From Nitrospirota bacterium (GTDB lineage Bacteria > Nitrospirota > Thermodesulfovibrionia > Thermodesulfovibrionales > UBA6898): 64,000 nt of DNA. Numbering within the stretch: position 1 is the first letter of the stretch; each line of letters begins with the position of its first letter. The DNA lies in assembly GCA_021811105.1 (NCBI GenBank), contig JAJZPM010000005.1, forward strand, positions 38,234 through 102,233, written 5' to 3'. The notes under the pieces are model-generated. The model was not told the DNA's origin. It ran no database searches and saw only the letters and a program-made list of their open reading frames with translations. A program made the translations under genes and the position numbers. Positions 33,781-46,188 of this stretch are shown here, piece after piece.

Positions 33781-36156
33781 TTATTTCAGCCTCGCGACGG
33801 TGACCCCGCCGCCGCCTTCCGCCGGTTCCCCTTTCCTGAAGTTCTTTATCAGCGGATGTCCTTCGAGATGCTCACGGACCGCCTTGGCAAGCGCCCCTGT
33901 CCCGAACCCGTGGATAACAGTTATCTCTGCCAGTCCGGCGAGCGCCGCATGATTGAGAAAGGGTTCCAGTTTCGAGAGTGCCTCGTCTACCCTCAAACCC
34001 ACGAGGTTGATCCTCGAAGAAAGCGCTTCCTCAGGCGCCGCGGCCTGCGTCTCCTTTCCTCCGGCCAGGGACTTCCCTCTCCCGGCGCCGATGTCGGCAG
34101 CAGGGACTTCGATCTCTTTGCCGCCTGCCAGGACCCTTATTCGCCTTTCCTTTTTGTTGACTTTGATCACTGAGGCATCATAGCCTAGCGACATGACGAA
34201 TACGACATCGCCTTCCCTGATCTCGCCGAGCGGGAGTGGTCCGCTGTCGGCGATGTCATATTCCCTTAATTTGCCGGAGAGATCTCTCCGGACCTCTTCA
34301 ACTTCCTTAATAATCTCACGGCCCCTGGCCCTCTCGCTCCTCTTCAGCTCCTCCATCAGGGAGTGCATCCTTCTTTTTGCGTCAAGGACGATCCCGGCGG
34401 CCTCCTGATAGGCTTTTGCGAGCGCCTCTTTCTTGGATGCCTCGGCCTCGGACAGTTTCCTGTCGGCCAGTCCCATCCTTTCCCGGAGGTCTTTTCTCTC
34501 TCTTTCGATCTCTTCCAGCCCTGATTCGTAAGCCTCTCTTTTACTGTGCAGATCATCGATAAGGTTGTCGAACTCAGTCTTGACTCCCCCGAGCATCGCC
34601 TTTGCCGAATCGATTATGCTTTCCGGAAGCCCGTACCTCCGCGCTGTCTCGAGTGCGTGGGACTGCCCAGGCTCTCCTATCCGAAGGCGGTAAAGCGGCA
34701 GGAGCGTCTTTCGATCGAACTCCATTGACGCGTTCAGCATCCCCTCTGTCCTGTGAACAAAGCCCTTGATGTCGGAAAGATGGGTGGTGGCAAATACGAG
34801 GCCGCCGGTCTCCCTAAGCTCCTTCAGGACCGCGCAGGCGAGCGCCGCACCCTCATCCGGATCAGTGCCGGTGCCGAGTTCATCGATCAGAACAAGGGCC
34901 CCCGGACCTGCCGATTTGAGTATCGCCGAGATGTTCGAGATATGCGCCGAGAAGGTCGACAGGCTGTTCTCGATAGACTGTTCGTCGCCTATGTCGACGA
35001 GGATGCGTGTTGCAAGGGGGAAGATCGAAGCAGAGGACGCCGGCACCGGCATGCCCGAGAGCGCCATCAGGAAGAGCAGCCCTATCGTCTTGATCGCGAT
35101 CGTCTTGCCTCCTGCGTTCGAACCGGTGATCACCATGACGGTATTGTCGCCTCCCAAAGAAGCGTCCAGCGGCACCACCTCCTGCTTTTCGGGGGCCCTC
35201 TTAAGGGCGATCAGCAGCAGGGGATGGCGGGCACTGCGGAGAGTGACGCCGCCTGTCCCGTTCACCTGGGGGATCTCCATCGCCAGCGATTCCGCAAAGT
35301 CAGCGATCGAGTTCAGAAGATCGAGCTGGACGATGACGCCATACTCGGCGGCGATACCGTCGGCCGATTCCCGTATCCTTGCGGAGATATTTCTAAGTAT
35401 CCGTATCTCTTCGGCCTTCTGTTCGGCCACGAGGTTCTCGAGTTCGTTGGCGATATTGATGATCGCCAGCGGCTCCATGAAGGCGGTCTCCCCGGAGTGT
35501 GAGACATCATGGACCACGCCGGCAACCTGCCCCTTAGAGTCCATCCTGACCGGGATGACCCATCTGCCTGACCTTTTGGTGATGAAATCGTCCTGGAGGA
35601 AAACGGCGAGTCTTTCATCTCTCACCATCTCTTCGAGCCTTTTTTGTATCCTTGCCTCGAGCCTCCTTATCCGTTCCCGCAGGTCGGAGAGCAGGGCGGA
35701 CGCGCTGTCAAGGATATTGCCCTCGCTGTCGACGGAACGTTTGAGCAGCCGGAGGATATCCGGGAACCCGGTCAATTCGAAGGTGAGTTCCTCTAGAAAG
35801 GGAAGGCCTTCTTTTTCATGGACCTGTTCCGATATGGTCTTCGCGATATCCAGCACCGGGACGAAACCGGCGAGCTCAAAGGCCTCGAGCACAGCGCCTT
35901 CGGGCCTCGTCTTTGAGATCAACGGCGCTATATCGTGGAAAGAAGAGATCCGCAGGGGACTGCCCTCACTGGACATTCTCAGGATCTCGCCGACCAGTCC
36001 CTGCCGCCTGAGAATGTCCTCCATTTTGTCAAAAGGGGTGATCTCCCGCACGGCACGCCTTGATGCGTCGCCGTGGGCATATCCCGCGACCAGTTCCAGG
36101 AGTTTCGGGAATTCGAGCGAATTAAGGGAATTAGTGTCCATATATATAAAGGTCAT
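33781..36156 (-). CDS. mutS2: Endonuclease MutS2 (MutS domain + C-terminal Smr)
   Basis: GSNAGGKTIAIKTIGL Walker A, a long coiled-coil region, and the Smr domain INLVGLRVDEALSKLEPFLNHA...VIHGFGTG. Confidence 0.95.
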   Translation of the reverse strand: MTFIYMDTNSLNSLEFPKLLELVAGYAHGDASRRAVREITPFDKMEDILRRQGLVGEILRMSSEGSPLRISSFHDIAPLISKTRPEGAVLEAFELAGFVPVLDIAKTISEQVHEKEGLPFLEELTFELTGFPDILRLLKRSVDSEGNILDSASALLSDLRERIRRLEARIQKRLEEMVRDERLAVFLQDDFITKRSGRWVIPVRMDSKGQVAGVVHDVSHSGETAFMEPLAIINIANELENLVAEQKAEEIRILRNISARIRESADGIAAEYGVIVQLDLLNSIADFAESLAMEIPQVNGTGGVTLRSARHPLLLIALKRAPEKQEVVPLDASLGGDNTVMVITGSNAGGKTIAIKTIGLLFLMALSGMPVPASSASIFPLATRILVDIGDEQSIENSLSTFSAHISNISAILKSAGPGALVLIDELGTGTDPDEGAALACAVLKELRETGGLVFATTHLSDIKGFVHRTEGMLNASMEFDRKTLLPLYRLRIGEPGQSHALETARRYGLPESIIDSAKAMLGGVKTEFDNLIDDLHSKREAYESGLEEIERERKDLRERMGLADRKLSEAEASKKEALAKAYQEAAGIVLDAKRRMHSLMEELKRSERARGREIIKEVEEVRRDLSGKLREYDIADSGPLPLGEIREGDVVFVMSLGYDASVIKVNKKERRIRVLAGGKEIEVPAADIGAGRGKSLAGGKETQAAAPEEALSSRINLVGLRVDEALSKLEPFLNHAALAGLAEITVIHGFGTGALAKAVREHLEGHPLIKNFRKGEPAEGGGGVTVARLK

Positions 36157-36376
36157 AGAAGATCATTAATCTGATTATAATAATACAAACTGCATCTTCT
36201 TTTTTGTTTTGGGCGGAGTCCAAGGTTCTTTTTCTTTCATTTATATGGTGCCGGAGTAAGCGCCGTCCGCCGGGGAGAAAGGGGCGTAAACTTAGCACAG
36301 GGGATGATAATAAAAATTACTTATCAACCTATAGATAAATTTTTAGATAACCTCTTATTTCTAAATACAAAAAGGC

Positions 36377-36405
36377 TTGACAAACTTTTGCCTCTATGCT
36401 AATCT
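36377..36405 (+). promoter_or_regulatory. Candidate atp operon promoter (TTGACA-17-TAATCT) with an A/T-rich upstream region
   Basis: Perfect -35 at 36377-36382 but a weak -10. It lies 45 nt upstream of the ATG at 36450. Confidence 0.4.
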
Positions 36406-36449
36406 TCGTGAGTTTCTAAGCAAAAAATCTCATAACAAGAGGAGATAAG

Positions 36450-36872
36450 ATGCTTGACATACACATTAACTGGCTCCTGATTTTGGCAGCTAATTTCCTC
36501 GGTCTGATGGTTGTCCTCAATATTATTCTGTACAAACCCCTCCTCAGGGTCTTCAAGGAAAGAGATGACTCGACCAGGGGCGCCCTGAACGCCGCGAAAG
36601 AAATGGATGCGAAGAAAGAAGAAGGTATCGCCCGGATGAACAGGGAACTCATGGAGGCGAGGAAGAAGGCGAAAGGCGCGTTCGAAGGGTTGAGGAACGA
36701 AGGGCTCAGTGCACAGAAGCAGGCCCTTACGGATGCCGAGGCCACCGCGGCCGGCATGCTCCAGAAGGCGAGGGAGGAACTGCAGGCCGAAGTCGGCAAG
36801 GCGAGACAAGCGCTGAGGGGAGACGTCGAAAAATTCTCCGACGAGATAGTCAGGAAGTTGGTAAAGGCATGA
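36450..36872 (+). CDS. ATP synthase Fo subunit b'
   Basis: Single N-terminal TM helix followed by a long charged helix. First gene of the atp operon. Confidence 0.8.
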   Translation: MLDIHINWLLILAANFLGLMVVLNIILYKPLLRVFKERDDSTRGALNAAKEMDAKKEEGIARMNRELMEARKKAKGAFEGLRNEGLSAQKQALTDAEATAAGMLQKAREELQAEVGKARQALRGDVEKFSDEIVRKLVKA

Positions 36873-37480
36873 AGAAAGTTCAAGGTTCAAAGTTCAAAGT
36901 TCAAAGTCGGGCGGCCCTTATTTCCCTGCTTGTCGCGTTTCAATTCCTTCTTTTTGCCGCCGTAGCGTTTGCGGAAGAGGGCGGAGAGGCACCCCAGTCA
37001 CTTTTCAAGGCCTATTTCTGGCCTATCATAAACTTCCTCGTCCTGGTCTTTCTTCTCGTCTATGCGATGAAGAAGGCGGACATCAAGGGATACTTCAAAA
37101 AGAGGACCGAGCTTATCGAGCAGAGTCTGAAGGAGGCCCGGGAGGCCAAGGAGCTTGCCCAGAAGGCCCTGGCCCAGGTCGAAGAGCGGCTTCGGGTCAA
37201 GGACACCGAGATCGAGGAGATCATCGCCTCGGCACGAGTTTCCGGGGAGAAGGAAAAGGCGAGGCTGGTGGAAGAAGGTGCCAAGCTGCAGGAGAAGATA
37301 CTGGAGCAGGCGAAGACAAACATAGATTTCGAGGTTAAGCAGGCGAAGTCCGCGATCAAGAAGGAGGCCGCCGAACTCGCGATGGAACTTGCCGAGAAGA
37401 AGCTGAAAGAGAAACTCACCAAGGAAGAGCAGTTGAAACTGCTCGAGGAATCCGTTGCAAAGATAGAGGGCAAAAATTGA
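36869..37480 (+). CDS. atpF: ATP synthase Fo subunit b
   Basis: ATGA overlap with the b' gene. TM helix YFWPIINFLVLVFLLVY followed by a charged coiled coil. Confidence 0.85.
   Translation: MKKVQGSKFKVQSRAALISLLVAFQFLLFAAVAFAEEGGEAPQSLFKAYFWPIINFLVLVFLLVYAMKKADIKGYFKKRTELIEQSLKEAREAKELAQKALAQVEERLRVKDTEIEEIIASARVSGEKEKARLVEEGAKLQEKILEQAKTNIDFEVKQAKSAIKKEAAELAMELAEKKLKEKLTKEEQLKLLEESVAKIEGKN
36878..36905 (+). repeat. Four tandem GTTCAAR heptamers inside the first codons of atpF
   Basis: gttcaag gttcaaa gttcaaa gttcaaa, translated as VQGSKFKVQS. Confidence 0.9.
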
Positions 37481-38016
37481 AACCGGTAAAACAGGCAAAG
37501 AAATACGCAAAGACATTCATGAGCGTGGTGGGCGTCGAGGAGATGCCGAAGGCGTTGGTGGAACTCGGCGCGGTTGAAACCCTGATGCAGAAGAGCATGG
37601 AGTTCAGGAGCCTGCTCGTGAACCCCGGTTTTTCCGGCGCCGAGAGGACAAAGGCGTTGCAGCAGGTTGCGGCGAAGGCGGGGCTTTCCGACAAGGTCGT
37701 CAAGTTCGTCATGCACCTCACCGAGATCAGGGTGATTGCGGCGCTTTCGGACATCCTGAAGATCGCGACCGCGCTCTATCTCGAAAGGATGAAGCGCGCG
37801 AAGGCGGTGGTGATGACGCCGGTGGAGGTGAGCAAGAACTATGAAGAGAGGCTGAAGGCCTCCCTGAAAAAGATGATCGAGCGGGAAATCGATATCGAAT
37901 ACGTGATCGACGCTTCCCTGCTCGGGGGGGTGCTGGTCAAGGTGGGCAGCACTATGTACGACAGCAGCGTAAAAGGCCAGCTTAGGCTGTTAAAAGATGA
38001 GCTTATAAAGGGGTGA
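37477..38016 (+). CDS. atpH: ATP synthase F1 subunit delta (OSCP)
   Basis: TTG start overlapping the atpF stop. The C-terminal [23 protein letters not shown] is an OSCP signature. Confidence 0.85.
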   Translation: MKPVKQAKKYAKTFMSVVGVEEMPKALVELGAVETLMQKSMEFRSLLVNPGFSGAERTKALQQVAAKAGLSDKVVKFVMHLTEIRVIAALSDILKIATALYLERMKRAKAVVMTPVEVSKNYEERLKASLKKMIEREIDIEYVIDASLLGGVLVKVGSTMYDSSVKGQLRLLKDELIKG

Positions 38017-38020
38017 TCAG

Positions 38021-39529
38021 ATGGAGATTAAAGTAGACGAGATAAGTGAACTCTTAAGGAAGCAGATAACGGACTTTGAAAAGAAGGTCGACGTGAGCGA
38101 GGTCGGCTCGGTCTTATCGGTCGGCGACGGTATCGCGAGGATCTACGGCCTCGAGAAATGCATGGCATCGGAGCTTCTCGAATTCCCGAACAACATTATG
38201 GGGATGGCCCTCAACCTCGAAGAGGACAGCGTCGGTGCGGTCCTCTTCGGCGAAGATTCACTTATCCACGAAGGCGATGTGGTGAAGCGTACCGGCAGGA
38301 TCATGTCGGTGCCGGTGGGCGATGCACTCCGGGGGAGGGTCGTCAACGCAATCGGCCAGCCGATCGACGGCAAAGGGCCGATCAACACGAAGGAATTCCG
38401 TATCGTAGACGTCGTCGCGCCGGGCATCATCGAAAGGAAGTCGGTCCACGAGCCGCTCCAGACCGGCATCAAGGCGATCGACGCCATGATCCCGATCGGC
38501 CGCGGACAGCGTGAGCTGATCATCGGCGACCGTCAGACCGGAAAGACCGCCGTTGCGATCGACGCCATCATCAACCAGAAGGGCGGGGACGTCACCTGCA
38601 TCTACGTCGCGGTCGGCCAGAAGCGCTCGAATGTCGCGCGTACCATGAAGATCCTCGAGGAAAACGGGGCGCTGGATCATACGATCATCGTCTCTTCTAC
38701 CGCCAGCGAGCCCGCGCCCCTTCAATACATCGCTCCGTATACCGGCTGCACTATCGGTGAGTTTTTCAGGGACAGCGGCAAGCACGCGCTGATCATATAC
38801 GATGACTTGAGCAAGCAGGCTACCGCCTACAGGCAGCTCTCGCTGCTCCTGAGGCGTCCGCCCGGTCGTGAGGCCTTCCCCGGCGACGTCTTCTACCTCC
38901 ATTCGAGACTGCTCGAAAGGGCGGCGAAGCTTTCCGACGACAAGGGCGCAGGTTCATTGACCGCCCTGCCGATCATCGAGACGCAGGCCGGCGACGTGTC
39001 GGGTTACATCCCGACGAACGTTATCTCGATCACGGACGGCCAGATCTACCTGGAGCCGGAACTCTTCTATGCGGGCGTGCGGCCCGCGGTCAACGTCGGA
39101 CTTTCGGTCAGCCGCGTCGGCGGCGCAGCGCAGACGAAGGCGATGAAACAGGTCGCCGGTACGCTCAGGCTGACGATGGCGCAGTTCCGTGAACTTGCCG
39201 CCTTCGCCCAGTTCGGCTCGGACCTCGACAAGAACACGCTGCAGCAGATCGAGCGAGGCAAGCGCATGGTCGAGATCCTGAAGCAGGACCAATATGTGCC
39301 GATGAGCGCGGAAGAGCAGATCATGATCATCTTCGCGGGGACCCAGGGCTCCATCGACGATGTTCCGGTCGAGGCTATCAAGAAGTTCGAGGAGGAGTTC
39401 CTCCGCTACATGAGGGACCGCAAGGCGGACGTCGTGAAGGAACTCGCGCAGAAGAAGGCGATTGACGACGACATGAAGGCAAAGCTGACTGCGGCGATTG
39501 AGGAGTTCAAGAAGGGGTTCCAGGCATAA
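38021..39529 (+). CDS. atpA: ATP synthase F1 subunit alpha
   Basis: [18 protein letters not shown] plus full-length alpha-subunit similarity. Confidence 0.98.
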   Translation: MEIKVDEISELLRKQITDFEKKVDVSEVGSVLSVGDGIARIYGLEKCMASELLEFPNNIMGMALNLEEDSVGAVLFGEDSLIHEGDVVKRTGRIMSVPVGDALRGRVVNAIGQPIDGKGPINTKEFRIVDVVAPGIIERKSVHEPLQTGIKAIDAMIPIGRGQRELIIGDRQTGKTAVAIDAIINQKGGDVTCIYVAVGQKRSNVARTMKILEENGALDHTIIVSSTASEPAPLQYIAPYTGCTIGEFFRDSGKHALIIYDDLSKQATAYRQLSLLLRRPPGREAFPGDVFYLHSRLLERAAKLSDDKGAGSLTALPIIETQAGDVSGYIPTNVISITDGQIYLEPELFYAGVRPAVNVGLSVSRVGGAAQTKAMKQVAGTLRLTMAQFRELAAFAQFGSDLDKNTLQQIERGKRMVEILKQDQYVPMSAEEQIMIIFAGTQGSIDDVPVEAIKKFEEEFLRYMRDRKADVVKELAQKKAIDDDMKAKLTAAIEEFKKGFQA

Positions 39530-39608
39530 AGACAGTGAATAGTGATTAGTGAATTGTGAGTAGAAAAAAGAGAAATCACTAATGAACGGTCAGGATAAAG
39601 GATAAGAA

Positions 39609-41933
<2,325 letters not shown>

Positions 41934-41934
<1 letters not shown>

Positions 41935-42347
41935 TGGCGGAAGGCAAGGTTCTTCTTGAGATAGTTACCCCGCAGGGCCTTGTGTTCAGCGAGGAGGTCG
42001 ATGAAGTCACTGCTGCGGGCAGCGAGGGTGAGTTCGGGGTCCTTCCCGGCCATGTGCCGTTCGTGACCACGCTCAAGATCGGCATGCTCACATGCAAGAA
42101 GGGCAATGAATCAAAGTACTTCTTTGTGAACTGGGGCTATGCCGAGGTCGGCGCCGAGAAGGTGATGATACTCGCCGACAGCGCCGAGCGGTCGGAAGAC
42201 ATCGACCTCGACCGCGCTACGGCCGCGAAGAAGAGGGCTGAAGAGAGGCTGAAGCAGGCCGAGAACGTCGACTTCGCGAGGGCCGAATCAGCGCTCGAGC
42301 GCGCGGTAACGAGGTCCCAGGTCGTAGAGATCAGGAGAGTCAAGTAG
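41934..42347 (+). CDS. atpC: ATP synthase F1 subunit epsilon
   Basis: TAATG overlap with atp[34 protein letters not shown]. Confidence 0.95.
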
Positions 42348-42373
42348 GTACGAGAGAAAAGGCTGAAGCAATA

Positions 42374-42405
42374 AAAAGGGGTCGTGATGAACGACCCCTT
42401 TTTTA
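42374..42405 (+). terminator. Rho-independent terminator of the atp operon
   Basis: aaaaGGGGTCG-tgatgaa-CGACCCCtttttt. Confidence 0.8.
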
Positions 42406-42561
42406 TTTTAGGATGACATCGGCAATGAATTTCGCGGTTTTTTTCTGGACATCCGGTCTTTCATTAGAATATACTTGAAAAAAATAAAAGTACGATTACT
42501 GAAAAGACAGCGGACATTAACATACAGATTCTCAAAATAACTCTTGGGAGGATTCGAAAAT

Positions 42562-44448
42562 ATGTCTTTCAGTAGGGCCGGTCTGGTTCTGTTGCTTGTC
42601 CTCGTTCTCTCGTATCTCTCGTCTGCCGCCTTTGCAATGTCCGAGGAAGAGCGCAGTTTCCTTCTCATGTATTTCAAGGAAGAAGAGCTCCAGGTCGTCT
42701 CCGCCACCAGGAGCCTCAAGTCTATCACTCGCGTCGCAGAGAACGTCGAGGTTGTCACAAAAGACGACATCGAACTGATGAACGCCCATACAGTCGCCGA
42801 GGCCCTTTATTTCGTGACAGGCGTGGAGATTAGCGTGTTTGTCGGCCCTGGTGCGCAGGGAGAGATAGGCATACATGGCTCCGACTATACGAGGGTTGCT
42901 GTCCTGCTCGATGGCGTCCCGCTTCAGAATGAGAACAATGCGGTTGCCGCAGGCATCCTCCCTGTCCAGATGATAGAGAGGATAGAGATCATAAAGGGGC
43001 CTGCGTCATCCATCTGGGGCTCTTCCTTCGGAGGCGTAATAAACATCATCACGAAATCAGCTGGCGGGGGAGATCACATAAACGGGCTCGCCTATGCCTC
43101 GGGTGGGGAGCATGCAACGAGCGACGTCAGGGCTGAGCTTAACGGGAGGAAAGGGCCCATAGGCGTATATCTCTTCGGCGGCGCGATGAACTCCAGCGGC
43201 CTCATAGACAGCCACTTCTTTCATCACAATAATTTCTTTTCGAAGTTCACAGTCGATGCGGGTGAGAAAACGAAGATCGACCTCTCTTTTTTCTACCACA
43301 AGGACGACAGCGTTCAGTGGGATTATCTTTTCATTGACTATGACGCCTTCGACGCCTACAAACAGGAACAGGTTTATGGCAGGGCGTCGCTTCAGTCTGC
43401 ACTCAGCAATGACCTCGACCTTAACGTCTCGGGATGGATCTTCAACACCAATACGGATATTTATGAAAAGACGGTCAGCACAAACGAGCCGATTTTTGAT
43501 TCGGGCTCAAGCTTCGACAAGTATGGCTTCAGCGGTAGTCTCACGTGGAGGGCAGGGGCTCATACCATTGTCGCGGGCACTGATGTTCTGAATGGGAAGT
43601 CCAAGGCGAACATCTACCCAGGGGGAGACGTTGAACAGAGGAAATATGCGTTCTTCGCAAACGACACTATATCTCTTGGAAGTCTCACCATAACGCCCGG
43701 GCTGAGATATGACCACTCCAATCTGGGCGGCGATATCGTAAGCCCGAGTTTGGGTGTGACGTATCTTCTTTCGAAGGACCTTCTGCTCAGGGCGCTTGTG
43801 AGCAGGGGATTTCATGACCCAGGGATTACAAGCTTTTTTGATGACCCGTCTGTCGGATTTGTCGGAAATACCGGCATCAAGCCTGAGAAGATATGGTCTT
43901 ACCAGATCGGCGCGGAGGCTAATGTTGCCAATATCCTTAGCACAAAACTTACCTTATTCCTGCATGATATCGACGACATCATACTCGACAAGGACCTTGG
44001 CGATGGTTCTTTTACGAGTGAAAACGGCGGCAAGGAAAAGACGATAGGCGGGGAGATCGAGATAATCACGAAGAAATACCGGGGCTTTATTCTTAAGGCG
44101 GGAGCTCATTATGAGAGCGTCAAACTGGACAACTTCTCTGACATAAGGCTGTTCGATAACACAAAGAGATACGGATTCAATACGTCTCTATCCTATGATG
44201 AAGGGAAGGGTTTGAGGGCGGTGCTCAAGGGCCATTATCTATGGTGGAATGAGCCCTCGTTCTGGGATGCGAAGTATAACGGAGTTGTGATGGACTTCAA
44301 CGTCATCAAAGAAATCCTCACAAGGAACAATGCGACGCTCGAGGCGTTCTTTACGGGCCACAACATATTTAACGCGTCATCGTATGATAATAATTTCTTA
44401 ATGAACCCTAACCGTTGGATAGAGGCAGGCATCAGGTGCAAATTCTGA
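42562..44448 (+). CDS. TonB-dependent outer-membrane receptor
   Basis: GGGAGGA SD. Signal peptide MSFSRAGLVLLLVLVLSYLSSAAFA. Plug-domain motifs (VVSATRS...ENVEVVTKDDI, GPASSIWGSSFGGVINIITK). C-terminal ...IRCKF. Confidence 0.85.
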   Translation: MSFSRAGLVLLLVLVLSYLSSAAFAMSEEERSFLLMYFKEEELQVVSATRSLKSITRVAENVEVVTKDDIELMNAHTVAEALYFVTGVEISVFVGPGAQGEIGIHGSDYTRVAVLLDGVPLQNENNAVAAGILPVQMIERIEIIKGPASSIWGSSFGGVINIITKSAGGGDHINGLAYASGGEHATSDVRAELNGRKGPIGVYLFGGAMNSSGLIDSHFFHHNNFFSKFTVDAGEKTKIDLSFFYHKDDSVQWDYLFIDYDAFDAYKQEQVYGRASLQSALSNDLDLNVSGWIFNTNTDIYEKTVSTNEPIFDSGSSFDKYGFSGSLTWRAGAHTIVAGTDVLNGKSKANIYPGGDVEQRKYAFFANDTISLGSLTITPGLRYDHSNLGGDIVSPSLGVTYLLSKDLLLRALVSRGFHDPGITSFFDDPSVGFVGNTGIKPEKIWSYQIGAEANVANILSTKLTLFLHDIDDIILDKDLGDGSFTSENGGKEKTIGGEIEIITKKYRGFILKAGAHYESVKLDNFSDIRLFDNTKRYGFNTSLSYDEGKGLRAVLKGHYLWWNEPSFWDAKYNGVVMDFNVIKEILTRNNATLEAFFTGHNIFNASSYDNNFLMNPNRWIEAGIRCKF

Positions 44449-44505
44449 GAGGGAAGCGGCCCCTTTCAGGGGTTTAACATATTCCAAAATAAGGGAGGGC
44501 ATGAG

Positions 44506-44706
44506 ATGAAAAAGACCATCAGGAAGGCGGCTGCAAAGGCACCGGCGAAAAAGAAAACAGCTGCAAAAAAGAAAACGGCGAAGAAGCCAGCTGCCAAGAA
44601 GACTACGGCAAAGAAAACGACCGCAAAGAAGGTGGCCAAGCCTGCGGCCAGGAAGAAGACGGCGAAAGCGGTATGCTGCAGGGGCGGGGCAGTGTCCATA
44701 AGATAG
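44506..44706 (+). CDS. 66-aa polycationic (A/T)AKK-repeat protein with an AVCCRGGAVSIR tail (histone-H1-like, or a candidate RiPP precursor)
   Basis: AAGGGAGGG-N6-ATG. By my count 22 Lys and 4 Arg, with no Asp or Glu. The only two Cys residues are in the last 12 aa. Confidence 0.7.
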   Translation: MKKTIRKAAAKAPAKKKTAAKKKTAKKPAAKKTTAKKTTAKKVAKPAARKKTAKAVCCRGGAVSIR

Positions 44707-44725
44707 AAGGCGGTCTTTCGAATCA

Positions 44726-44751
44726 GGGAGGGCGAAGGCCCTCCTTTTTTT
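44726..44751 (+). terminator. Hairpin + T7 (GGAGGGC-gaag-GCCCTCC-ttttttt) between the small basic ORF and the rSAM gene
   Basis: Direct reading. The T-tract ends 3 nt before the ATG at 44755. Confidence 0.7.
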
Positions 44752-44754
44752 GTT

Positions 44755-46050
44755 ATGCAACTTTCAAGGTACTGTAAGGCATATCCCGACCCCGGAGACC
44801 CTCAGGGTCTGATCCTTTTCTCGACAAAAAACGCTGCCATTATCCGAATCCCGAAGTCCAGCCTCGGAAATATCTCGCGCCTCGAAGGGGACAGGAAGCT
44901 CCTGAAAAATTGGGGTTTCCTCATAGAAGATCCCGGAAAAGAGAAAATAGATATGCTCGGCTTTATCGACGAGCTAAACCGCTTGAACAGGACGCTGAGC
45001 ATCAAGCTTGTGATGTGCCTCGACTGCAACCTCGCCTGCAGGTACTGCTTCGAGGGGACGAGAAAGGGCAGACATTATATGACGAAGGAGACGGCCGACG
45101 ACTTCGTTGAGTTCGTGAGGAAGAGAATAGCCAGCCGTCCGAAGATCAAGGAACTCCAGGTCACCTTTTACGGCGGCGAACCGCTCATGAGCAAACAACT
45201 GATCCTCCGCATCTCCTCACGACTGAAGCGGCTGGCCCGGTCGCCCGGAATCCCTTTCAGCTTCTACCTGATCACCAACGGCACGCTCCTGACAAAAGAG
45301 ACGGTAAAGGAGATGAAACGCCTCGGACTGAAAGAGGCGTATGTCAGTATTGACGGGCCGCAGGACAACCATGACATTACCAGACCATATAAATCGGGCA
45401 GGGGCAGCTTCGGAAGAATAATATGCAATATCCATGACGTCTGCGGCATGATCGAGGTGCAGACAGGCGGCAATTTTACAAAGGAGAATTATAAAAGGTT
45501 TCCGGAACTCCTCGGTTATCTGACGGCCGAGGGGCTGCTGCCCTCGAAGGTGGCGGTGCGCGGGTTCTTTCCGGTCACGGCCGAAAGCGCCGACTTTGCG
45601 CTCCCTGATTTTCATGAGGGCATTGCTTCCATTGATGAGCCATGGCTCTTCGATGCAAGCGTCTATCTCAGGGAGGAGATACTGAAGAGGGGCTGCAGGC
45701 TGGAGCCGGTCGGTCCGGGGGTCTGCATGATGGAGCACAGGAACAATATCCTCGTGAACTATGACGGCAGCATCTGCAAATGTCCCGGTCTGATCGGAAG
45801 AAAGGAATATGTAATCGGGGACATATGGAGCGGGACCGGGGACTATCGCGCCTCCCACAACCTCGACAACTGGAAAAATGACGAATGTCTTGACTGCGCG
45901 TATCTTCCGCTCTGCTTCGGCGGGTGCAGGTATATGAAGCTGGTCCGCGACGGGAACATGGACGGGGTCGACTGCAGGAAGGCGTATTTCGATGCTACGC
46001 TCGAAGCGTTTGTGAATCAGGACATGAAGTATGGATTGGTGAGGAAATGA
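44755..46050 (+). CDS. Radical SAM/SPASM-domain protein with a ~90-aa N-terminal (RRE-like) extension; putative peptide maturase
   Basis: MCLDCNLACRYCFEG (CxxxCxxC) begins about 90 aa in. SPASM pattern GSICKCPG...ECLDCAYLPLCFGGCRYM. The N-terminal LILFSTKNAAIIRIPKSSL resembles peptide-binding extensions of sacti/ranthipeptide synthases. Confidence 0.8.
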   Translation: MQLSRYCKAYPDPGDPQGLILFSTKNAAIIRIPKSSLGNISRLEGDRKLLKNWGFLIEDPGKEKIDMLGFIDELNRLNRTLSIKLVMCLDCNLACRYCFEGTRKGRHYMTKETADDFVEFVRKRIASRPKIKELQVTFYGGEPLMSKQLILRISSRLKRLARSPGIPFSFYLITNGTLLTKETVKEMKRLGLKEAYVSIDGPQDNHDITRPYKSGRGSFGRIICNIHDVCGMIEVQTGGNFTKENYKRFPELLGYLTAEGLLPSKVAVRGFFPVTAESADFALPDFHEGIASIDEPWLFDASVYLREEILKRGCRLEPVGPGVCMMEHRNNILVNYDGSICKCPGLIGRKEYVIGDIWSGTGDYRASHNLDNWKNDECLDCAYLPLCFGGCRYMKLVRDGNMDGVDCRKAYFDATLEAFVNQDMKYGLVRK

Positions 46051-46188
46051 GTTGACCTACCCTTCCACCCCTCCCAAGAGGGGACCAACCCCAGACCTCC
46101 TTAATCAAGTAATTGGAAGTACCTCCTTATTGTGTTATTTGCTGTCTTCTGATATAGTTTCAAGTGAGAAAATATTCCGTGGGGACGG

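Noticed and set aside
44466-44699. 77-aa minus-strand ORF rich in Phe and Ala.
   Set aside because: It is the mirror image of the AAG/GCN-rich Lys/Ala repeat gene on the plus strand, which has the strong SD.
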